Assembly: GCA_010093605.1 (NCBI GenBank)
Contig: MU004192.1
Span: forward strand, 442,882-506,881
Length of the DNA stretch: 64,000 bases
Source: Lophium mytilinum
Taxonomy: Eukaryota
Reading direction: 5' to 3'
In this document: piece after piece, positions 50,222 to 62,433 of the stretch
Position numbering within the stretch: position 1 is the stretch's first letter
Layout of the letters: each line of letters starts with the position of its first letter
The notes under the pieces: generated by a model
What the model saw: the letters and a program-made list of their open reading frames with translations, nothing else
The model's database searches: none
What the model was told of the DNA's origin: nothing
Translations under genes and position numbers: made by a program

Positions 50222-53206
50222 CTACATCCCCGTCAAATCAACGCTTTCGATCAAACTCTCCCGCCATGCCTTCGGCTTCTTCACCTCCAACTTCTTGATT
50301 GACTGTCCAGTGGCCTGCACGGACGGAACCAAAGGCGAAGAGCCTACCCCAGCATCCTTGGCGTCCACATAGTCCCATCCACCACCGAAGCTATCGCGAA
50401 TGCGTATAGCCCGTTTCCGAATCACCTGTTGTTTCAGAGGCGAACGCGATGGTGCATGGGCACGGGGCGATCGACGCGGGAATATCGATATTCGAGGTTC
50501 AGGGCTGGCTTTCGGGGACGCAGCATCGGGAGCTGGAGGAGCTTTCATTGGCGAGGACGTGAGATCGACTGCTTCGATCTCGGGTGGAAGAGCTATGGTA
50601 GGAGGTGGTGTTGCGACAGCACTATGGCGAGGTGGTGAGCCCGCAAGGTTTACCTCCTCAATTGGCAAGTTAGGGTTGCTTGTTGATCGACGTGGTGAGC
50701 GGCGGACTGGTACTGAGGAATCTGATTTTGTGGCTGCGGAGCGTGTTGAGCGCTTGGAGGTGTTGGACGATATGGATCGCAGGGCTGGCCGGGTGGTTGG
50801 TTGAGCTTTTAGCTTTGTGCGGCGAGATGGCTTAGCGTTTGGGCTTGCCGTTGATTGAGGCTGAACGGGCGCAGGAGGAGGCGACGACGCGCAGAGATTG
50901 ACTTGCTCCACGTCTTCGATAGTAGTTTCTAAATTTGGAGGGTTGATAGCTCTATTGATGAAACGACTGGTGGTTGGTGTCACACTTTGTGAAGCTCGAG
51001 AGAAAGATTCCTCCAGGGTTATTTGTCGGTTTCGGTGTGAAGTGGATGATGGGCAAAGCATAGCTGTTTGACGTTGAGTTCGGGTTGGCGTTCCAGGCCG
51101 TTGTGGAGCGGCCGCTGTCTTTCTTGTTCTTGGTTTCTTTTGTCCGAGGTCAGAGGGTGATGGGAGAACTGGGGAGCTCAATAAATCCAACTCATGTCTA
51201 GCAGAGGGCAGCTCTGGTGTCGAGGGACGGCATGGAGATGAGGAGCTATAAGTTGGCATGGTTTGAGATCGTTTTAGGGGATGTCGACGCCGTCGTTTCG
51301 TTACCGTTGAAGGAAGATCCTCCGTAATGACAGGAAGTGGCTCCTCGACCGTAGTTTGAGACGACGTGGCTCGAGAGAACTGAACGATTGGAGATGAGAG
51401 AAGATCTACAATCGTTCGTTGACTGCGGATTGGGGACTCAGGAAGAAGCGTAGGCATGTGGAAGGACGACGGAAGAGGTTGAGAAGCTATCGTCTGTGAC
51501 GATGTGGCCACGGGAATGCTTCCTCCATCGCCCTGAGTCTTTCCCCTGCTTTGAGATGCAGGAATTCCAGGTTTTGTAACTTTGGTGAACTTATCCAGGG
51601 CGCCCTTTGGCATTGTACCTTCTCTAGCCTTTCTACCTTTCGCTGCAGTTGCTTTTGGTTTCTGTGATGCTTTAGGCGCCGCCGCCTTCTTGGGTTTCCG
51701 GACGCCTTCTTCCCAGTCCTGAACTTTGAGAGGGACACCAACGCGTACAAAAGTCTCCAAAATCCACACCTTCTCCACCTTCGTGGGATCGTATAGCGAC
51801 GGCCCTCGCTTCTTAGGTGCACTCGCCTCCTCCCCATCATCAGCATCTATTGTAGGAAGCACTTCATCTTCGGAGTCGTCTTCGGGTAGCTCATCGTCCG
51901 GGTCCTCTTTTTCTAGGTCGATATCTACGAGTTCAATAGGCGTAAAGGCAATACGAAGCTCAGTGCAATTATCAGTCGTAGCGTGGTTCCGCTTTCCATG
52001 GATGCTCTTCACAAGCTTAGCTTCTTCTTGTGATACGGTGTCTGGATCATCTGGCCTGGAGTCGGTCCCCTGTCCTCTGACACGGAGGTGCCGGACAAGA
52101 AGAGCGGGAGCTAGATTTCGAACAAACTTCTTTGCTCCACCGAGCTTAACCCAATCAAAAGCATCCCCAGTAAATTCGCGCAACCCGGGGAAATCAAGAT
52201 CTTGATCCCATTTCAGATTTCTGCGCAACTTGTCCAGTGCCGCCGTTGTGGAGATTGCGGGATGAGTGTAGTATTTAAGGATGTCCGTCCTGGGAAAGTC
52301 TTCCGGGATATCTAGCTTGGAATGCTTTCGTGTGAATAGTTTACTCTCGTTTGTGTGCAATTCGTGAGCTAGTCGGTCTCTCCAGTCTTGGAAGCCTTTA
52401 GTGTCTCCTTTACGGATGTTGCAAAGATCTTTCCCAAAGCCAGCTCTTGCTGCTTCGCAGGCGGTCTTTGGTCCACAATTCGGTATGCCTTCAGGTATAT
52501 AGTCTCCCCCACTCATAAGCGCAACAAGTATCATTCCCTCACAATCAAGCCCAGACTTTCCATTCTTGGTTTTGTTCGCGTCGTAGATGTTAACGTGGGT
52601 CGGTACTTTGCTGCTCTTAGCCTCCGGTGACCAGTTGCGCAAAGTCAAGCCACTCCCGAACATGAGCGTATCCACGTCCTCACTAAGAACAGCATCGACT
52701 ATGCCTTCACGCTGAAGTAACGCGCACTCAGCCTCAGCCTCTCCCGGCGCAAGATGCATAGGAAAGCCAAACTGCTTGAGCAGTTGCTTTGCAAGGAACT
52801 CCGGGACTGACGCGACATTGTGGCCAGTGTGCTTATTCCTCTTGAATGGAGGCTTATTGGGCCCGTCGAATACGAATATCGGGTGTATAGAATGTGATAT
52901 AAGGCGTAATAGACGGTAGTAAAAGGTTCGCAGAGCTGGGTTCGTGCCACCTAGTCGCATCGCGCTATATTAGCATTGAGAACGTTGCATGAAAGTAGGA
53001 ATACTACCTTTGCTTGATTGAATTTGAAAGAGCCATATGGAGATGTCGATAGCGATGCGCAACGGCCGGCCTGTTTCCTCGAACTTCTGTGCAGCGAGCT
53101 TCGATAGCGCAATTCGTTCCCCTGGCCCTATCTCTTTGTATATGCTGGAAGGTATTAGCAAGATATTGTTGCGCTAGAGTCAATGTACTCACCCCTTGAT
53201 GCCCAT
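50222..53206 (-). CDS. YEN1: XPG/Rad2-family Holliday junction resolvase (Yen1/GEN1), two short 5' exons
   Basis: MGIKG|IYKEIGPGERIALSKLA..RIAIDISIW, FVFDGPNKPPFKR, APGEAEAECALLQ, SEDVDTLMFG, LMSGGDY..GIPNCG, long disordered C-terminus. Confidence 0.9.
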
Positions 53207-53482
53207 CGCTGCTCCACACTACGGGTCAAGATTCGAGGTTGATGATGCTTGCTTTGAAGCTGCGGGGCGACAAAGTGGAGCTCGTTGCCATGGCAGCTGG
53301 TTCGCACGAGCCGTGAATGGAGACGCCACCTCAAGAATGCCAGCCCACCATCAACACACTTTGTCCATTCATTGCATTTGCTTTCTTTTTTGCATTCAAT
53401 AACACTGCTATCTCGACAACCGCGCATCCTACTTCCATAATCCTTCTGGCACCCCAATTATCGCGCCCTCAAGTCCGCTAGG

Positions 53483-56400
53483 ATGGCGTCCGGAGTCCCC
53501 GCCGTCTCGGACGACGAATTCGGCGTCGACAGCTATGCAGAATCATCCCCAGACCCTCTTGCACTCTCATGGACCGAGTCGAGGCGACCGACGAGAACTC
53601 GCGCGACTTCGAAACAGCCGCCGCGCAAGACGCCCCTCCGAGCAGGCTCCCCAAATAAACAGACACAAACAATCAACGCGACCTTAAGCTCGCCTTCAAA
53701 GTCCATGATTATGAGCACCGGTAAAGCAGGTGGAGTAGCCAGCCCGTGGAAGGTCAAGGTCACAGTGGAGGCAGTGCCAGAGCAGGAATCGGACTCAGAG
53801 AACGTTGGATATGGCTCACCCAGTCACGGACGGACAACAAGCGGGAGAACTACCACCATCCCTCTGAAAGATGCCGACGCGTCGTCTCCTACTCGGCGAA
53901 GAGGTCCCGGCCGACCGAGGAAGTCAATCGGCTCATCGCCCACAAAAGCAAAGCGGAGTGCGACACACGTTCGGAAGAAACCTAAGGCGAGGAAATCGAC
54001 CATTGGCGTCGCGGACATGAGCATCGCCGATATATCAGCCGATAACATAAAGGAGGAACCTAAGAGACGACCGGGGAGGCCGAAGAAGAGCGTTCAGCCC
54101 GAAGTGAATATGTCAAGTGCGGAAACAACGGGCGATCATACACAAGACGAGACACAAGACGAAGGCTTCGTGGATATCAGGCGCCCGCAGTTATCAAGGA
54201 CCAAAACAGTGCCTGTTCGCTTTTCTTCATCAGAGCTGGGAACCCCGGGACCAACTCAGGAACATCGGCCCGGTCAACGCCTGGCGAGGCGCGGAACGCC
54301 CGTGAGATTCGGTGGCCAACACGAAGATACATCTCTTTTGGCACTGCCGAAGACTAGAGGGACGCCTTCAGTCGCCCCTAAATCAGTCAAAACCCGCAAA
54401 GGCACCCCCGTTCGACCAGGTGGGTCCCACAGCAGTTACAAGCCTAGTACTGCATCCGAGAGTGGCTCGCAGATACAGAGAACGACAACATCCGAGAGCG
54501 AAGGCGATTCACTTTACAATTCTGGAGGGAGATCAGAGTATGGCACGACCTCCCGTTCTGATGCTGGATCGCTTTACAAGCCGACATCTGCATCTGAAAG
54601 TGGATCGCAATACAAACTCGCCTCCTTGTCTTCTGGAAGTGACCACGAAGACACGCCTCCGGGATCGGACGACGGAAACGATGCCGATATGTGGAGGGGA
54701 ATGGTGGCTCGGGGCCTACAACATGGAGAAAATAAAGAACAGCCCATTCAAATCGAACCCGAAGCTGAGAGCGACGATATGTACGATGCGGAGGGAGACG
54801 AGGATCAAGATGCAGATGCCGATGCCGATTACGACTTCGAAAATGTGGATCACACCCTCGCTGGAATTCACACTACTATAATGGAGAACGAAAACTTCAC
54901 CATGGTCTCCATTGATTCCCTACCTAGCTATCAAGCTATGAGCACCGAGCGAGCTGGCAGATTGACGTCGAGAACGGTGCAGAGCGCAATTGGGAAGAGA
55001 GGGTTCTTGGACACACCAGTGCAAAGGTCTGATCGCAAGTCCTACGAAGAACCTTCACAGGTTTCGATTCCATACATATCTTCCACCGGCCTCACCCCTT
55101 CGCATATAGAGTTTCCTGCGCGAGTCGTCGCCAAGCCTCGAGGAGGCACCCCAGCTATGGCTACTAAGACGCCATCGGTCCCACCGCGCATCGAAGTATC
55201 ACAATCCTCTCCGAGGAAGACCCCAACACCAAAGATTGCAAGAGCAGTCAAAGCTGGATTTGCTTTACAGGGCCTTGTTGACCCAGTTCAAGAACCATCA
55301 TCAAAAAATTCCCCCGATGTCCCTGCGGTGAAAGAGAAGAGCCACCTCGATAACCTGTTCAATGGTTTTGGTGAAGGGACAAGGCGAGAGTTGCGGGCCG
55401 ACTTTCGCCTTGGAGAAAAGATTGCCGAGATGTCTCAGGAATTGGAGAATAAGTCAACGCCAGCTTCAGCGAGCAGTTTCAAAGTCCCGCAAGTCACAAT
55501 GACCGATCAAGATGTCTTTAGAAGCTCTAGCTTGAAACCGAGACCTGCTCAAAGGCTTGATCCTCGCCTTCCCACTCCGGATGAGAGGGATCAGTATTCG
55601 CTGTCCATCCCTTCTTCGAAAGTCGCAAGTCCGGAAGTCACATATCCCGATATAGCAGCTCGCGCACAGCAGACTCATCTCGCAAGCCCAGCTAGAAGCG
55701 AAGACGAAATGAGTTGGCGGGTAGACACACCCCCAGTGGTGAAATCCGTTAATCCGCATAGCCAGGGACTGCATCAATACTTAGACGCCATGGACGCCGC
55801 TAATCCCAAGACTCCCGAAGCGATTGTCGTAGATGAAGAAGTCAACGAGGATGAGCCATCAGACATATGGGAAGAGGAAGCAAGCCGCTCGTCCGATCTA
55901 CCAACATTGCCAAAGGCACGAACGGCCACGCATAAGAAAGCAGACATCCAGGAACTACTCATGGCGGATGGGAATGTCTTCCCACCTGCCCGTGGAAAAA
56001 TACCCAAGACCTGGCGTAGAAAGAGCTCAAGTGACTTTCATTACAGTGACGAAGTGGAAGTCGAGATAGAAGAGGTTACTGCTCCTGCTGTGCCGCGTGC
56101 TGACCAGAGTGCCTCTGCGCGATCGAGTAAGGGCAAAGGAAAGGCACAGGAAGTCTCGCCTCGCGTAGAATACGACGAGCAAGAAGACAGCGAAAGCAGC
56201 GACGACACCGGGATGTTCTGGGAGAGCAACCTCCCTGCCGTCTACAACAAATCGACATCGCTCGAAGAACAAACAAGCAAATTGGACCTTACTATGCTTC
56301 TTGGTGGCGACAGCAGCCCTGCAAAAGAAAACTCGGTGGCGACTGCCGACCGTAGCTCTGTTGCTCAAAAAGTCCCCCCACGAATTGCTCAGCTGCAAGC

Positions 56401-57412
56401 CCCACCTTATAAAGGTAGCCCGCTAAAGCAGCAACTCAGATCAGAGGATCTGGAATCAGAGAGGGGTCTTCGCAGTAGCCTAGCAAGCTCTCGGAATGCA
56501 CAGAGCTTTATCGGTGTGGAAGGCAAAAGCAGCACAAGCTCCGATGTTCGTCAGTTGAGAGTGGAGGCGGAGGCACGATCGTATCAACCACGCAGCCGTA
56601 CTCTGCATGGGATCGAGGAAGTCACTGAACACCCGCAACGATCCGTACCGGATTCCTCGTTCCCGTCTTCGCCGCCTGAGGTCGTGAATCAGCAAGGCGT
56701 CGAACGAAGCGTCCTATCCCCGAAGCGCGCCTACCCACCGCTGTTCGATGATTCAACCACTCAGTCTCCAAAAAAGAGAGTGGCTAGAGCCGTAGCACCC
56801 GAACCGAGAGTTTCTAGGGCTGCCCTATCAGTATCAGGTTCAACGGAGCCTTCGAAGGCACAAACTGGACTCTTCTCGCGTCTGACTACTACTCTTTGGG
56901 CCGCTGTTACCCCGGCTGCTCCACCACCCCCACATCCGACACTTCTCAGATTCTCCCCTCTCCCCCGCGTTCAGCCATGGACAAGAACGCATTACAAGAC
57001 CCTCGATGTTCTCTTCCAGATCCACAAGCGCAGGCCAACGTCTTTTGCCCCCGCTTCCCCCTCGAACATCAACAACGCACTCCTGGAAAGCATCCCAGAC
57101 CGGAAGAAGTTCTTAGGCGCGGTGTACTCGAATTGGGGATACAATGTCACAATGACGGAGCAGTACCTGGTGCTAGCGGCCGCCTTCTGTCAGCTGTTGA
57201 CATTGGCGGATATTAAGGAGTACGAGCGGACGACGGGGAAGGAGATTGACCGTGGGGATGTTGACCCTGGCCCAGATGGCGAGGTGATTGGGTTTGAGGC
57301 AGTAGTGAGGAGGCTGTTCAGTGTGGTTTCTGGAGAAGACGTCAGAAGAGATGAGAAGCTGGGCAAGGTCATTCGGCGGGACGCTGGGTTTTCGGTGACG
57401 TGGGGTTGTTGA
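53483..57412 (+). CDS. Large AT-hook-containing, SP/TP-rich nuclear protein (1309 aa) with a compact C-terminal domain
   Basis: Uninterrupted ORF; AT-hook-like RRGPGRPRK and RRPGRPKK; C-terminal PWTRTHYKTLD...RRLFSVV; divergent from YEN1 across 276 bp. Confidence 0.8.
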   Translation: MASGVPAVSDDEFGVDSYAESSPDPLALSWTESRRPTRTRATSKQPPRKTPLRAGSPNKQTQTINATLSSPSKSMIMSTGKAGGVASPWKVKVTVEAVPEQESDSENVGYGSPSHGRTTSGRTTTIPLKDADASSPTRRRGPGRPRKSIGSSPTKAKRSATHVRKKPKARKSTIGVADMSIADISADNIKEEPKRRPGRPKKSVQPEVNMSSAETTGDHTQDETQDEGFVDIRRPQLSRTKTVPVRFSSSELGTPGPTQEHRPGQRLARRGTPVRFGGQHEDTSLLALPKTRGTPSVAPKSVKTRKGTPVRPGGSHSSYKPSTASESGSQIQRTTTSESEGDSLYNSGGRSEYGTTSRSDAGSLYKPTSASESGSQYKLASLSSGSDHEDTPPGSDDGNDADMWRGMVARGLQHGENKEQPIQIEPEAESDDMYDAEGDEDQDADADADYDFENVDHTLAGIHTTIMENENFTMVSIDSLPSYQAMSTERAGRLTSRTVQSAIGKRGFLDTPVQRSDRKSYEEPSQVSIPYISSTGLTPSHIEFPARVVAKPRGGTPAMATKTPSVPPRIEVSQSSPRKTPTPKIARAVKAGFALQGLVDPVQEPSSKNSPDVPAVKEKSHLDNLFNGFGEGTRRELRADFRLGEKIAEMSQELENKSTPASASSFKVPQVTMTDQDVFRSSSLKPRPAQRLDPRLPTPDERDQYSLSIPSSKVASPEVTYPDIAARAQQTHLASPARSEDEMSWRVDTPPVVKSVNPHSQGLHQYLDAMDAANPKTPEAIVVDEEVNEDEPSDIWEEEASRSSDLPTLPKARTATHKKADIQELLMADGNVFPPARGKIPKTWRRKSSSDFHYSDEVEVEIEEVTAPAVPRADQSASARSSKGKGKAQEVSPRVEYDEQEDSESSDDTGMFWESNLPAVYNKSTSLEEQTSKLDLTMLLGGDSSPAKENSVATADRSSVAQKVPPRIAQLQAPPYKGSPLKQQLRSEDLESERGLRSSLASSRNAQSFIGVEGKSSTSSDVRQLRVEAEARSYQPRSRTLHGIEEVTEHPQRSVPDSSFPSSPPEVVNQQGVERSVLSPKRAYPPLFDDSTTQSPKKRVARAVAPEPRVSRAALSVSGSTEPSKAQTGLFSRLTTTLWAAVTPAAPPPPHPTLLRFSPLPRVQPWTRTHYKTLDVLFQIHKRRPTSFAPASPSNINNALLESIPDRKKFLGAVYSNWGYNVTMTEQYLVLAAAFCQLLTLADIKEYERTTGKEIDRGDVDPGPDGEVIGFEAVVRRLFSVVSGEDVRRDEKLGKVIRRDAGFSVTWGC

Positions 57413-57817
57413 GTGCTTGTTTGTGGCGTATGTGAGGTTGTGTTAGGTCTGAGATGAGTTTTATGATGTGATGATTCTGCGTGGAGGAAACTATGTGTTA
57501 TGTTGCTGGGTCTGGAGTTGGAGTGGCTTTGCGAATGATACCAGTCTGTACCTTTTCGGGTTTCCCTTCGTCGATCAATATTGCGTATTTCTATGATTCT
57601 AGCTCGGAGGCACCACCATGCATCTGAACTATTTTACCACGGACCTAGATTCCTCAGTTGGACAGACTTGAGCATAACAAGGTACAACTAAATGGGAGAT
57701 AAATTGACCAATGGGAGGAAAGGGCTTAGCACTGGGTCTAAGCGCCCTGCGCGCCTCACCTGCAGCCTTTCCTTCAACACTCTTCCTCACCTCTCCTTCC
57801 TTCAGACTACAGCAGCT

Positions 57818-59470
57818 ATGGCGAGCCTATCGACTATGCCAGTAGACATATACTTGCACATGCTGAAGTTCCTCCGAACGCCTGACCTCTATTCTCTCAA
57901 CCTAGTGTGCAAGCCCCTACGTGAACTAACGGAGCCAGCGCTCTACCGCACCATTCACCTCTCCTGGCGCGATTTGACGGAAATTGAGTCAACCGATGCA
58001 AGGTGGAACGACAAAGGGCGTAGATTACTACGAAACGTAAAATCAGGACCGTTCCGTCTGCTAAGGTCGATTCTGGGTCGTCCAGAACTGGCTAGCCTGG
58101 TCCGGAGCATCCAGTTCACCTTTGACGACAGATCCAGTGACGTGGACCATCACCGACTGAACACTAGGAGTCGTCGGAGACATTCTTATGACAGACCACC
58201 GTCTTGGAGGGACTTCAAAGCCCTCAATGAAGTCGTGCTCAAGGAGGATCTACTAGACAAAATTATGTGGAGGACTGAATTATCCCAAGGGGCTATAGAC
58301 GCTTACGTTGCGCTGTTGCTTCATCATCTTCACAATCTGGAATATTTAAATCTTGGTACTGGCTTCTTGCGCGCTTCTTCCTTCACAGACTTGACGATGA
58401 GGCACAACCTCATATGGAATCCAGAGGCGAGTTCCCTTAGGCCTTTCAAAAGCATCAAACACATTGTCTACAATGCGGAACAGCCGGGGAGCAATCACCC
58501 GCCTACCATCGATGATTATCCTACCATGGTCGCTCTGTTCTACCTCCCATCCGTCGAAACTATGGAGATTGCGTTACCGGATTGTAGTGGAATCCCAAAG
58601 AGTGCAACAGGGAGAATAGCTTCGACACTGAGAGTATTAATTGTTCATCGGGCCTTGGTGAGGGCACTGACGCTGGAAAGAGTTTTAAGTTTTGCACCGA
58701 ACCTTACCTCGTTGATATTGGAGCTTTCGTACCTGGGACAGGGACCGCTCTCCTTGCATGACGGCCCTGAAAATATTAACTGCCCTGAGGTCTGGCATGT
58801 GTTGTTGCGTTTGGAGCCATCGCTCGAGTGTTTGGTACTGTATGTAATACCATGCATGCCACAAGAAAATCGGCAGATTCATCTGATGCCCCCGCTCCCA
58901 CAACCACCACAACAACCACATTGGGCAGCATTCATCTCACATTTTGGCTCGCTGCGGGGATTCAAAAAGCTAAAGAAGCTTGACGTTCCGCTGATCATGC
59001 TCCTTGGAGGCCATGAGCTTCGCTATCAAGAACCGACGATACTTGCTGAGTGCCTGCCAACAAACCTAGAAGACCTCTCTCTAAGCTACACGGAGGATAC
59101 ATTTACGAAGTTTGACAACTACATTGTACACAACTTCCATCTGCATCTTTCAAACTACCTCCAGCAGTCCCGCGAACTCAGTTCCTCGCTTCTCTCGATC
59201 ACGGTCAAGCTGGGAGAATGGGATTCCGCACAGAGAAGTTTGATAGGAATATCGGCTCTGGCAGACCTGTGCGAGTGGTTCGGAGTGGCTTTGCGAGTCA
59301 TTCAAAACGTGGCTGATACGAGGTACTCGAATGGTGATGATATGGTGAGAAAGGAGACTCTATTCGATCCGCTAGAGCCAGCGCCCGGGCCTACAGTTTC
59401 GTACAAGTGGAGGACATTCCTTGAACATGGGCCGCGACCAGTCAGAACACCTCCCGCAAATACGCGATGA
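57818..59470 (+). CDS. F-box/LRR-like protein (start 57818; upstream in-frame ATG at 57692 possible)
   Basis: LSTMPVDIYLHMLKFL..DLYSLNLVCKPLRELTEPALYRTI F-box pattern; LLRSILGRPELASLVRSI; GSLRGFKKLKKLDV..LPTNLEDL. Confidence 0.8.
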   Translation: MASLSTMPVDIYLHMLKFLRTPDLYSLNLVCKPLRELTEPALYRTIHLSWRDLTEIESTDARWNDKGRRLLRNVKSGPFRLLRSILGRPELASLVRSIQFTFDDRSSDVDHHRLNTRSRRRHSYDRPPSWRDFKALNEVVLKEDLLDKIMWRTELSQGAIDAYVALLLHHLHNLEYLNLGTGFLRASSFTDLTMRHNLIWNPEASSLRPFKSIKHIVYNAEQPGSNHPPTIDDYPTMVALFYLPSVETMEIALPDCSGIPKSATGRIASTLRVLIVHRALVRALTLERVLSFAPNLTSLILELSYLGQGPLSLHDGPENINCPEVWHVLLRLEPSLECLVLYVIPCMPQENRQIHLMPPLPQPPQQPHWAAFISHFGSLRGFKKLKKLDVPLIMLLGGHELRYQEPTILAECLPTNLEDLSLSYTEDTFTKFDNYIVHNFHLHLSNYLQQSRELSSSLLSITVKLGEWDSAQRSLIGISALADLCEWFGVALRVIQNVADTRYSNGDDMVRKETLFDPLEPAPGPTVSYKWRTFLEHGPRPVRTPPANTR

Positions 59471-60562
59471 TCATGCTGCAATTGGACCTCTCGAATCTGT
59501 GGTACTTCGCACATAGGCAGCCATAAACGAGCGCTCTACGAGGTGACCACTGGACGACTATGTAATGGAACAGGCTATTAGGAGCTCCTCGCCCCGTGTC
59601 AACTAATATCTGATTCCCCCGGCTGATGGATGCTCTTGCGAAGCTTTTGGTGGCCGCTGGGACCCCGGCCAAGCTCTCATCAGCTTAGAAACGGGACCAC
59701 TTCTCCAGGTTGTAATACCCCTGTCTAATCTACATACTGCACGGTCATTTCTCCTACCCTGGTCTACACGATGTAGTATTCCGGCTCTTAGGGAACCTTC
59801 AAATCAGCTAGTTGGTAGTGTAGTGAATAGTAGGATATCAAAGCCTAAACGCAGTGCAGGATGCAATACCCGAAAGCGCAGCACTTCCGTTCCGTCACCC
59901 GCATAAGCGAAGGATGAGTGACGAAGCCGTTTGGGCGCACACTCCGCAGATCTGGTGGCGTGTGGTGGTGGGAGAGGAGGCGGGGAAACGCAACGATGGC
60001 GGAGCGTGCCTGGCGCCGTCTTCTCCACATTTTAAATTCGACCTCGCATCCTTACCTCGCCCGACCAAGGTCGACTCCTGGTCGTCTTTTCTTCCGCGAA
60101 TGACGGCCAAATGTGCTCCTTCGCGTGTCAAGTTGCCAGTGCTTAGGCCGTCCATCGGCGAACCATGGAGCAGCAGCGCGCGCCTGGAGGAGCTCTCGGT
60201 GAATGTATTCCCGCTGCCTCATCCAGCGCCGTGCCGAAAATCTGACATGCAAACCCCACCTCGCGCGTGCATCAGCTGCTCAATTACCTCAATGACCGAC
60301 CGGCCTGTAGGTTCGTCATCGCCGGCCGTGTCCCTGGCACTCTGCTAGGCGGAGCCGTGGAACTGGCTGCGGGGAGAGCCCTCGTTCAACGTTGCCCCGG
60401 TGCTCTCACGGGCTAGCGCCAGAGTTGCATTCACTCATCGAATCATGGTCATGGGACTTGGGGACGACCGACGTAAATAAACACCTCACTGGCCGCCTGC
60501 CACGAACCACAATCTCTCTTCTCCACCGACAACCCCAAAGCTTCCACCACCCCCCTGCCAAT

Positions 60563-61967
60563 ATGGTGAGCTTCCGACTACCTGCCACGCTCGCGTTGTT
60601 TGCTGCGTCCGTCATTGCCCAGGGCTACGGCGGAAATGGTCCCCTGGGTCCCGATGAGAATGGGAAGTACGAAATCTCCGCCGAGGGGATTCGTGGCCTC
60701 TTCATTCCCTACGGCGCTAGCATCAGCAACCTGTTCATCAATGACACCAATGGCATCGAGCGCGATATCGTCCTGGGATTCGACAACGCAACCCATTACT
60801 CTGAGGATCCGTACCACCCGCATTTCGGCAGCGTTCCAGGTGAGTTGCACACGCTTACTTGAGTGAAATCTGCACCTTAGAACGTCTGCTAATTTCCCCA
60901 GGCCGCTATGCAAATCGCATCAAGAACAGCAGCTTTGTGATTGATGGCACCGAATACCACATTCTGCCTAATGAGAATGACGGCAAAGATACGCTGCATG
61001 GAGGCCCTCACGGATGGGATTATGTGCGTAGTGTATGGTCTGATCCGGGTGTATGGCTGCTAATCCTGAATAGCGTAATTTCACTGTTGTCGCGCACACG
61101 ACTAGCTCCATCACGTTCTCTCTCATAGATCCTGATGGCGATCAAGGCTTCCCCGGAGAAGTGGTCAGCTACATCACCTATACCATGACCCCGAACGAGT
61201 GGCATCTGAAGATGGTGGCCTTGTCAACCACCAAGAAGACGCCTATCATGCTGAGCTCTCACGTAGGTCCCCTGTCCGATTTGAATGTACGTGGGCTAAT
61301 TAGATGATCTAAAAGACATATTGGAATCTCGACGGGTTCCAGAACAACGATACTGCTTTGGCGCTGAACCACACGCTCTCCCTGCCATACTCTGGCCAGC
61401 GTGTTGGAACGGACGGAATCCTTATTCCCGACGGCACGATTCTCCCGAACGATTTGTACTCGGTCAACGACTTCTGGTCCGCGCCAAAGCAAATTGGCGC
61501 CAACTTCTCATCTCCCGATCTTTTGGGAAATTGTGGAACCAACTGCACTGGCTACGATACCTGCTATCTGGTCAATCGAGCGCAGAACGGCCCATATGAT
61601 TGGCGCTCCGAAGGTCCCGTGGCATCGCTTTCTAGTGACTTCTCCGGCATCCAGATCGATATATTCACCGATCAGGACGCTTTCCAAGTGTACAGCTGTG
61701 GAGGCCAGAACGGTAAGTGCCCCCCAAAGATTGTATTCCGCGCACGCTGATCGCAATGCAGGCTCAATTCCTCTCAAGTCTACCCAAGGTTTGACCGACG
61801 GCAGCCGTCCTCGTGTGGTCGAGCAGTATGGCTGCATCGTGATGGAGGTTGAAGACTGGATCGACGCCATCAACCAGCCCGAGTGGCAGCGGGACAAGAA
61901 GAACATCTTCGGGCCAGGTGATGACCCGTACGTGCTGGAGGCGAGGTACAGTTTCTCGATCAACTAG
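60563..61967 (+). CDS. Secreted aldose 1-epimerase (galactose mutarotase-like), multi-intron
   Basis: Signal peptide MVSFRLPATLALFAASVIA; FIPYGASISNL, DIVLGFD, GRYANRIKN, LHGGPHGWD, GFPGEV, SSH.YWNLDG. Confidence 0.92.
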
Positions 61968-62433
61968 AGTGAGTTTCGTAATGGGTGGCGAGCGCAGCCG
62001 GTGTGCTTTCAAGACCAAAAGCCTAGACTGATTAGGTACATGGGAGTCTGGTGAACATAAGGTTTCTCAATCTGAGTGCACTTGTTTCATACTGGCTGAA
62101 GTTCTCCTGTGCATTTTGAAAAGGCCCTTAAGGAAAAGAGCAATGTGCGGACAGTTAAGCATTCACCCCGGCCGCCAAAGCTTGTGATAAACGGCGCGAT
62201 GTCATAAACTAGGGTTTACTACCGAGCCACGCCCTCGCGGCCTCATTAGCCTAACCCAATCAGGACCCGCCTACCCTGCTCCCACGTTTCTTGCCTTCTC
62301 CTTCATTCTACTAAACCTTCCGCTCGACCTTCTTCTTTCAAACATCGTTCAAACTGTAACCTTGTTACTTCGCCGTGTTCGCCTGCGCTGTACTCACACA
62401 CACAGATCCTCACTGTCAGAAACTGTTCTAATC

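Noticed and set aside
62205..62260. Telomere-like TAGGGTTT / CCTAACCC words
   Set aside because: Isolated single units in a promoter, not an interstitial telomeric array.
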